A stretch of DNA of 64,000 nt from Hamiltosporidium tvaerminnensis FI-OER-3-3 (taxonomy: Eukaryota; Fungi; Microsporidia), in NCBI GenBank assembly GCA_022605425.2, contig CM061251.1, positions 930,001-994,000 of the forward strand, written 5' to 3'. The translations under genes and the position numbers were made by a program. Below are positions 54,300 through 64,000 of the stretch, one piece after another (the stretch's first letter is position 1; each line of letters starts with the position of its first letter). Under the pieces are notes generated by a model. The model was not told the DNA's origin. It did no database searches and saw only the letters and a program-made list of their open reading frames with translations.

Positions 54300-56720
54300 T
54301 ATTTTTACTTTTTATTCTAGGTAATTATTATTTCTTGTTTTAAAATCCAATGCTTTATGTTATAAAATTTACTTGCTAAATATCCGTCAATTTAAAAAAT
54401 GTTAATATATCTTTGGTGTCTTAAACTATAGTAGAATTATTTTATCCAAAATATTTTATTTAGTTACAATAATAGTCTTTATTTTGCCAAAAAAAAATAC
54501 AATTGATCTATATAAAAGTGGGTATATTTAAATTTATAAATATATTCAATAAGTTTTGGTATATCTTAAGATAGATAATTTATACTTCATTTTAGAATAA
54601 ATAAAGCGTAGGAATAACACTCTGATTAAATAAGAATAACAGACTTTTAAAACGCCCACAACTCATTTATATATAATAACGATTGCGTGATTGGTTTTAG
54701 ATTAAAAACTTGAAGCGATTGTTTAGATAAAAAGGATGAGTAATATGTTTCATAAAGTTATTCATTTTTTTAAAATTTTTTATGCAAATAAACTAATATT
54801 TTTTGGATGTCTTTTTTTATAACTATTCATACCGAAACTTTCGAATTGGTAAATCCAGGTATAGATGCAACTCTTTGCCTTCTAGTTTATGTAATAGGCT
54901 TTTATTTTATTGGTAGAGTTATTTATAAATATATTTTAAGTGAAAGAATTTACTAATTTTGTAAAATCAGACTTGAACAAGATTAAATGGGTTTTTGCAC
55001 ACTACCATTTGAATCCTATCTAAACTAGACCAGTAAATAACCTTATATACTATTTTCATGATGCAAATTAGCTTGGGTGTTCAAGATGTACAAATTTGTT
55101 TCGAATTTTCTGGAAAGTGTATGGTAGTCGAGTGTGGAACGCGTTTCTTTCGTTTAATTAGGTTAAACCATTATACAGTTGATTAGGTAATAGAGGTTTA
55201 AGAATAAGATGATACTAAGTTACATGTATACAATGTCAGATGAAAAAAATCCAAGATTGATCATATTTTTTTTAAGTTTTGAATGTCTGATTGTCTTTCT
55301 TTCTATATTCTAAGTGTAGCATCAAAATTTTATAATATAATATTAAACCAACAAACCCAATCATAAAAATTTTATTTAGTGGATTAGAATAGAAGTCTCG
55401 TTTCATAAAAATATTTGATTTTTTAATTATTCGAATATAATATTCATCTATAAAAATGTTTTGATATGAAAGTTTTATTAATTCTCTTATATTACTTCAT
55501 TCTAATTAATTTCTGAAAAGTTTGAAACTTTATCTATTGCTTTACATACAAACAAGAACAGAATATATTAATTATTTAAAAAATAAGTATAGTTAATTTA
55601 CGTGTAATAAAATAAAAATAATTTAAGGTTTACCTTTAGCTAAACTAAAATTAAAATATCTGTAAAATATTCTATAGTTCAAATATTTTTTGTATTGTAT
55701 TTACGACTTCATAAACAAGTTTAAGAGCCAAAACAATACAAAATTAACTATTTTAAGAATTAATTTTAGAATTTTGTCTAAACAAGAGAAATAACTTAAA
55801 AAAATGCAAATTAACATAAAAAGTTACTTAAAAACATTATTTAAATTCGGGTTTAATATATTTGTAGTATAATAGAAATAAAGTTATCACACAGGAGATT
55901 TTATTGTAGTATCGATTCATTTAAATTTAATTTTGTAAATCTTTACCATATAATATTAATTCTAAAAAAAGACTTAGCATTGATAAAGAAAATCAATATA
56001 CTTATAATAATTACCATTTAAGTCAGTAAAATACGGCACATAGTAAAAAAATCGACTATTTTTTTTTTACATGAGTATATCAAGGAGATTTAAATATTAA
56101 AATTAACTAATATAGATTATAGTATATGAATAATAAATGCATGCCTATAAATATAGAGAATATCAAATATATTTTAATTAGGCAATATTAACATTTTTCT
56201 TCTATTCTCTTGAAAATAGTATACAAGAAATTTTAAATACTTTTAGATGTATATGTTTTTTCGACTTAGCTTTATATTCTTTTTATGCTAAAGAACCAAT
56301 ACATATATAATACTTGGCAGTTTGCTTCATTTTCGGAAAAGTAACTAATATGAGGTTATATAGAAATCCAAAGTTACGTATGAATACCCTATATGATTAA
56401 TGTTTCAATCAATATATTGAAGGCTTCTAAAAACAAATTCGGCAATTTTAATGTGGCCATATTTAGGTTAAACACAACGTATTATGACAAAGATTAGAAA
56501 ATCATATTTCAAGATACTTAGATAAGGTTTTAATAGTCCAAATATTCTAAAAACACAAAAAAAACCACCAATACCTAATGCACGAAAACTTCCAATTATG
56601 GTAAATTTTATAAGTTATTAAGGTTACCCCCTTAAAATCCTATAAGAAAAAATAATACTTAGATATAGTTTTAAATATTACATATTGATATGAAATAATG
56701 AATTTGAAGTTAAATGATTA
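54300..56720 (-). pseudogene. LRR-like family paralogue D (longest copy)
   Basis: Blocks KRVPHSTT (55123-55146), NLYILN, PKLICIMK, KSD (54966-54974) and LKYI; 24-nt motif at 56585-56608. Confidence 0.75.
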
Positions 56721-59700
56721 TAAAATGAATATAATCTATTAAAATAAAATAAAATGAGACTTTATTAAGAAATATGAATCACTTTATTTTAAAAACGAAG
56801 GTTGAAACAAATATACAGGTTTTATATGTAGAGAAACTGCTTGTGCAAGTATCAAGGTAGAACGAAAAATCAAAAAAAGGAAACGAATACTCTAAAAAAA
56901 TATAAACAAATCTAAAACGGTAGAGTTGAATAAAAAACTCAAAATTGAAAAAAAGTATATAAAATTATCACCAAAATAAATTTAAGCAAAACAAACTGGA
57001 TATAAAAAATATTCTAAACTTAGAGAAAATGGCTAAGCCAATGAAAAAACCGAAATAATACACTTAATACAATTATAGATTGAAAAAATGATAATAAAAT
57101 ATAAAATTTATTAAGCTTTTATATAAAAGATTGATTTAAGAAAACAACCCTTATTAATACTACCAACTTAATATTATACCCTAAAAAACACCCAAGGTAC
57201 CGGTTTCTATCACAATAAAGTATAAACATATTTGCTCAATAATAAAATGAGTAAACAAACTAGTTGATAAACTCTCACCAGTAATCCAAAGACAATTTTT
57301 TCTTCATCATTTAACACTACAGCCCTGCAAACAACTTGGCCTGTTTCGATAAAGCCACCCTCCAGTCTTTCTATAGTTGATTCGTTTACTCTTTCTGGTT
57401 CCCAAAATGATAGTATTAAAGGTTAGTTTGTTAGCCCTACGCAAAACCCCAACCCGAAGAACCAGTCCTTTTTAGTCACCTCTTAAGAAAGCAGTGAATA
57501 TTTCAAGCCAATTCGGCTTCCGACATGATTGAGAAATAAGGTTTCTATGGTTCCGTATATTTGCAGATTATATTATAATGTGCCAGAAGGTAAAACAAAT
57601 TTTTAGGATAATCCAGATCTTAGACACTAGAATTCACAATTCAAACAAATTTTACAGAATAATGCAAAGAAAAATAATTAGTCATAGCGATTTTCACATG
57701 TCATTTTAGTAATAAATGGTTTTAGAAAAATCTTGACACCACATTTGGTTTTTTTATTTATTTTTTTTTTTAGTATTTTTGCAAAATTAAGTTTAAAATT
57801 TTGATACTTCTCTCCTTAAAATCTACAGATTTCTTTTTAATCCTTCGATGATTCAGATATTATTTTGAAATTATAATGGCTTGCATTTTTAAGCATTATT
57901 ATAATTGTCGTTCTCTCAAACATTATATATTAGTGATTCTTTTCTATTATGGTGTTTATGTATAGGATCTATAAACTCAAAGGGGAAAATGCTGACTAAA
58001 ACAAAAGTATTGATTTATAAATTGTTTTTTAAATAATAGAAAATCTTTTTATTTGCAATTTGATTAAAATATTAAGCACTAACTCCGTTGCTAAAATCAA
58101 AATTAGGAAAAAATAATTGGCTTTTCTATTTTGTTTAGATAGAAAAAATAGTCAAAATATTTTAATTACTTGTTACATAATATTAAAGTAGAAAATTTAT
58201 GAGAACAGTAAATAAACGTATGTCTTTATTCAATAATTAAATTTTCTTGATGTTTTTATATCTGTTTGATTAAATTTACAGATACTAATATTAAATTATT
58301 TAAAACATATAGTTAAATTAATAATTTATTTTTTTAAGAATAATATATCGTTGAAGATTGTTATTTGGAAAGTTAAAAAACCTATAGTATTCCCTAATTC
58401 AAATAAAAATAGCTCAAAAGTACTTTCTGTTTTATGGTCAGTTGTGTTGAGAGTAAAATAATATATAGAACAAAAAAATATTAGAGTTTTTATTATAAAT
58501 GGTCAGATATTACTTTTAAATTAAAATTTTTAAAAAAATGATTCAAAATTTAAAGTAAAATTGTTTTATTAGAATACAATTCATAGAAACCACATAAAGC
58601 GACATTTGTATTATGAAGGAAAAACATATATAAATCACAAATTGTTTTTCTATTGATTTTTTGACCCTTACATATAGATATATAATAGTCAAAAAAACAT
58701 TTATAAGTTATCTCTTTAAAATATATTTTTTTTGACTACGTTTACATAAAAAATATTTCTTAAAAAGTTTTTACTCGAATTTTTACATATAATATATGTA
58801 TATTGAAAAAACAAATTATGAAATAAGATAGGCGTTAAAAACCAACCAAAAATATTGGTATAACGAAATTGAATTTTAAAATTATAATCAAAAAAATTTA
58901 ACTAACATAAAAAAAAATAAAATAAAATATAAGAAAAGAGATTTAAGATAAAATTTCGTAAATGAATAATTTAATATATAGAGACATGAAATGAATAACA
59001 ATTTAAAAATAAAAAAAGATGAAAAATAAAACAATCAAGAATCAATAATAGTTGTATTCACGAAAGACGAAAAATTCTAATAATTAAAAACAGAATATTT
59101 TTATTGGGATTAAATTTAGCAAAAACTAAAAATATAAGAAAAAAAATCCTAAGTAGTGATTCATTTCGGGCATGTCTATTGATATTAATATTTCTCTTTT
59201 TTTTCTAAAACAGTTCTTTTTTTCCTTTTATTCATCTAAATCCTTTAACTTTAAAATATTTTAGACATATATACATAGTAATGAAATATACAACCTATGA
59301 AAAATTAAAAAAAGTTATAATATTTAAAAATACATAAACGAACAATAAAACCAAAAAATAGTAATATTTATTACACGTGTAGCATTCTCTTGTTTTCTTG
59401 CATTATCAAAACCACTTCTTCGTTTTAATTGACACAAATTTTAAATCAAGTTCCCTTTAAGATATTACTAATATTTTTGCATTTCTAAAAAATAAATATA
59501 AAAGCAAAAAACGAAAGCCTTCTAATTCAAATCCAAAATTATTTGAATACAACAAAGCATACATGAATAGGAATAGATGTCAAAGAAAGGCCATGAACAT
59601 CTGGCAACTTCACGAAAGAACTAGGTGTAGTATAAAATTTTTATACAGTAGAAATTTAATTAAAAAATATAAATCCAAAAATTGTATTAAAGACTAGAAT

Positions 59701-62700
59701 AAAGGTGATAAAACCCGAAACTTTGTATTTATACTTGGTTCGAAACCCGTAGAATAGTTATAATCACTTAGAAATTATTGTTCCTATGGCATATGGAACC
59801 ACACCATTAATCTATTCCTTCTATATAATTCCTTTACCTATAAACCCATAATAATTTATTTTCACGATCATATTTTGTAACCTCCTCCTATTAATATTTA
59901 AAAAATTGCTTTTCTTACATCGTATCATACTGAGAATTTTTACCCTGACGAGATAATACTACACATAAGAAAAGCAATATGTATTCCACTAATCGAGATG
60001 TTTTAAAATTTTAAAAAATAAAAAAGGCACATGGTAGATATATTGTTTAGCGGTTTCTTTCAGATACCAAGATATCATTCCTATGATTCTTAAATAAAAA
60101 AATAATAAATTTTATTTATAAAAAATTTCATTCTTAAACTAAGTATCCATGTTAATAATTTTTAATACTAATAAATTATTTTTATTTTTTAAGAATGTAC
60201 TAGGTTTCGAAGTTTTTTTTGTTAAGACTGGACATTTCATGGTTTAAAATCCGGATTTTCTTGGTAATTCCGGTATGGTCATAAAATCTTAATTATCATG
60301 TAAAGTCTGAAACAAAATTCCAAATGCTTCATCCTTATTGCTTAAAATCGTAAAAACTACAGATTTTTATATTTTAAAAAATATTTCTGTTTCTATCATA
60401 CATTTATTGTAAATGAGCATAAATTGTTTTTTTAGAAAATATTTGGATATTTTTGTGTTTTTTTTTTGAAATGAATTGATATAAATAGTAAATACATTAT
60501 CATTGATTATTCTGTATGTTAGCGAAAGCGTAGTTTTAAATGGCCTTTATAATATATTATATATAAGAAACAAAGTGCAATATAGGCTATGTGTTTTTCT
60601 ATGAACTTAAAAATCATACTATATCATTTAATTTTATTTATATCCAAAGCTTCAAAGAAGGAAATACTTACAGAGATTAGATACATATGATTGTCTATAT
60701 GGGGTTATATATAAAATTATAAAACCTTAAGAAGCATTCTGTAGTATTCCATGTTATCATCGTGGAATCTTATTGTAACCGAATTTGGTAACACTTCTGC
60801 TACTTTATAGATTTTAACATAGGGTTTAAAGAGCCATATTCATAACGAAATCATTCATATACGACCAATAAATCGTGTAATCTTACATATTTAGTATCCA
60901 GAAAGTTAAGACTTAGGTTTATTTTCAAATCTTTGGAGCATTATATAATCATTTATCGTTAATATTGAGGCTAAGTATCTCTTGCATATTTTCCTGCACC
61001 CCAAAAAAAATCTTATTCGCTTTACTGCTGTTACCCACAGCAAATATCTTCTTTGTATATAAATATATTTTTATTATGCCTGTCAGTATATACCCATTTA
61101 TACAAGCTAATGATATATTAAACGGTGCGAGGATAAGATAAAGATCCGTTTAAATTATTTAGGTTCATCTCTGAGTTAAATTCTTTGAGTTCTTCTGTAA
61201 TTGTATAACTCCTTTCTATAAAAAGACTTGCCTATAATAGCCTATATTCCAAAGAATGCCTTTTAAAAATTATATATTTCTCGCAGAATTTCATTTCAAC
61301 AAAGTTAGTCATATAAACGCTTATATATTTTACCCGGAAAAGAACAACAATGCTTTGTTGTGGAATATTTCCGAATACTAGCAGATGATTTAACTTACTT
61401 GTCTTTATAAAAAAACTATCTATGTACAATCTAAACTATACCTTATGTATGAAACCATAATTTTTTGCATCGATTTTCTAGTAGTTTTAGTAATAATATT
61501 AGTATCTATGAACCATATTTCTTTTCCGCGTTGCTAGTTTCTCTTTTAAAGAAATTTTAAATTGAAAAGATTTTCAAATGAAAATATTATAGAGTAAATA
61601 GAAACATTTCATTCATTATCCTTAAGTCACTTCAATTTCAGACAAAAGATTTTTCATGCTTCTTGAATCACATTTGTACGTATAAGATCAATTTAATTTC
61701 TTTTTTTAAAATATTTATTTAGTGTGTGTAAGTATTCATTCTAAAACAATATTTCTTGCCTGTTCGTAATTTAAAATGCCTTCTTTTGAATAAATAGATA
61801 TAGTAGTCTATATGAATTAAAATAAATGATCAATTCTGGTTAGATAACTTATATTACAATGCAATTTCACAAAATTTTAGTTTAGTATACCTTAACCAAC
61901 AATCTAAAATTTTTCGAAATTTAATTAATTTGTTAATTTCTTTATTATTTTACTTTCGCTTATATAAAATATTGAATTTTAATTATCTCAAGTGTTTCCG
62001 CTTGGGTTTCAAATGCTTTAAAATCGAGTTATTGAATTCTATTAATTTTTCTTTCCAATACGAAGTTCTTTGGTGCCTAAAGTAACTTCCGATGCAAAAA
62101 TTCTAGCCTTTTCTTGATTAAAAAAATATTGAGTAGCAAATTCAACACCAGGTTTAAGTCTTATATGCGCTTAGTAACTAGCCTTGTCATATCAGATCTT
62201 TAAATAAATGAATTTTATATTTTGTCTATATTTGTTGTTATTTTCTTTCAATCCTCTAAAAAAATTTATCATTTTGATTTTTAATTTCTATACACATATA
62301 ATAATTTTTAAATTTAAAAAGTTTTTTTGAATAATAAAATTGATGATAGAGCCTAGAGCAAAGGTATTAAATTGGTTTTAGATTGTTCGAATTATGATGT
62401 ATTTCAATACTCGCAGGTCCTATATAACATCATTTCAAGATTATAGTAACCTAAAATCAATATATCAGATGTGTAATTTACTAAAGAGATGATTCGATCA
62501 TTTGTCTATCCGTTATTATAAGAAAGTAGAAAGAAAAGGCATGTATCAAATCCTTAAGACTTCGAATTGTGTTATAGAATAAATTAAGCTATAATGCATT
62601 GCTTTTTTAGAAAGCCCAATAATTCTAACTGATTTAAAGTTTCGGTTCTTAACTACAAATCAGAGTTTCAAAGCAATGATTCTATAATTTCATAAATATA

Positions 62701-62824
62701 TGACAACTTAGAAACGAGGTTTCTGTGAATGCTAATATAATAAAGTTCATCCTAAATCAAATTATGTATATTTTATTATTTTGAAAGAGAAATCCGTATG
62801 TTTAAATCGATTTATTGAACTATG

Positions 62825-62873
62825 GTAAGTTTATTTGGATGAAACGTAAGTTTATTTGGATGAAACGTAAGTT
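62825..62873 (+). repeat. Perfect 21-bp tandem duplication (gtaagtttatttggatgaaac x2.3)
   Basis: Units at 62825-62845 and 62846-62866, with a partial unit at 62867-62873. Confidence 0.95.
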
Positions 62874-64000
62874 AATTTTCTGAACCAAAAATTTTAACTA
62901 TTATATTACCTAAAGAAACACAAAGGTTTCTGGTGCAGACTAGGATAATTATACTGCCTTTTTTTAATTCAAACATTAGAGTTTCCCCATAAATTTTATT
63001 TACTTTCTATTTTTGAGCTTAGTAATATCTGGATCTTTTTTATCCGAATATTTCCAAATTAAGATTAAGATGAGTTTACCGGTCTCGATCCAAAAAGATT
63101 ATAAATTTACATTTATATAATTCTGATTGCATATAACTTTTACTGTGTTTCTTTTAGAAATCCACAACTTAACATATCTGATCATTTTAGTGTTAGCTAT
63201 CCTAAGACTAAATATAAAGTTTACTTATAACACTTTTAATACACTTAGAATACAAAAAGAGAGCTGTTTTTATTGTGAAATTGCTTTTAACTAGTTTATT
63301 TGTGACATATGGTATTTTCTTAGGCTAAGTTTTGCTTTTTTATAAGATTCTATAGGCCGTGGATCTTCGGTTTTTACCTTTTTTAGTTTTATGTAAGTAT
63401 TTCAATTCTTTGTTTTGGAATTATGAAATGCTCTGAGATTCAGTTTATTCTTATGTAAACCATATTAATACATTTAACGGAATAATCGATCTTATAGATT
63501 TTCTAAAATAATTGCAGCATACTCGAGGAAAATTAAACTTTTAACCTGCTTTTCTATTTGTTGACTATGTGAAAAATCAGAAAATAAATAAGCTCACGTT
63601 TTACGAATCACGTTTTTCATTATTTCTACTGGGTCTTATAGATTTTTCTGCTTCGAATGTAAATTTTTTTTGACATATTAAGTCTTTAATTTGACTGAGA
63701 GCCAGTATAAGATACCATGGGAAGAAATTTGAAAGCATTTAAATTATACAATTCATAAAATTTGGGTTTGAATGATTTTTTGGTATACCTTTTTAATTTT
63801 ACCGAGTTTCTTCAGAACTACTCGTGCGAAAGTATGATAAAAAGTATTCTTGAATCATCCAGTGTTCAATTTAAATTTAAATTATAATTTAGTTCATTTT
63901 CGATCTAATAAATTTTTTATCTTCATTTGAAAGGTATCGATTTTTCTTTAATTTTATCTGCCGAAAAATTGCAACGATATTAAAATTATAATCTAATTAA

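Larger units (their letters stand above)
47367..56400 (+). repeat. Segmental duplication copy 2 (H2-P2-D) carrying a 1.8 kb insert
   Basis: Direct, diverged repeat of 24565-31815; the lengths match once ~49070-50895 is removed. Confidence 0.8.

Noticed and set aside
12120-56720. Alternative genetic code (TAA/TAG = Gln) as the explanation for the broken genes
   Set aside because: All three stop codons occur, they align with varied residues, frameshifts are still required, and the retro ORF ends normally at TAA.
60225-60285. hAT-like subterminal ccgg motifs (also ~54288-54296)
   Set aside because: No paired terminal repeats or 8-bp target-site duplication found.
295-61429. Remaining 60-92 aa ORFs in the track as stand-alone genes
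   Set aside because: They are short, F/I/K/L/Y-rich, often have non-ATG starts, and are chance ORFs or fragments of the degenerate genes and LINE.
62825-62873. CRISPR-like repeat
   Set aside because: The units are adjacent with no spacers, there are no cas genes, and the context looks eukaryotic.
62900-64000. Possible LTR-retrotransposon integrase remnant on the minus strand
   Set aside because: Only a vague resemblance; no HHCC or DDE residues could be placed.

Overview
Very AT-rich (roughly 20-25% GC by eye), eukaryotic-looking 64 kb window with no intact housekeeping gene, rRNA, tRNA or CRISPR array. The only long ORF is the 3' end of a 5'-truncated non-LTR retrotransposon of the restriction-like endonuclease (RLE) type (14108-14703, 9-bp target-site duplication). 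From memory it resembles elements of the microsporidian Hamiltosporidium; this is an inference, not a database result. Most of the rest is an array of about 2-2.5 kb paralogous, leucine-rich-repeat (LRR)-like gene copies broken by frameshifts and stops. These comprise five close minus-strand paralogues (A 12.1-14.1 kb, E 29.7-31.8 kb, B 33.6-35.5 kb, C 42.4-44.3 kb, D 54.3-56.7 kb), further paralogue pairs, and a ~7.2 kb segmental duplication (24.6-31.8 kb vs 47.4-56.4 kb). A decayed LINE with recognisable RT motifs lies at 35.9-39.6 kb. Main observation: the five paralogues vary mostly at synonymous positions inside short conserved blocks, yet share frameshifts at the same positions between those blocks, and adding 1-2 nt restores LRR-like motifs. 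This fits cryptogenes needing insertional RNA editing, slippage or recoding better than simple independent pseudogene decay. Systematic assembly error or gene conversion must be excluded first. All alignments were done by eye and most gene boundaries are approximate.
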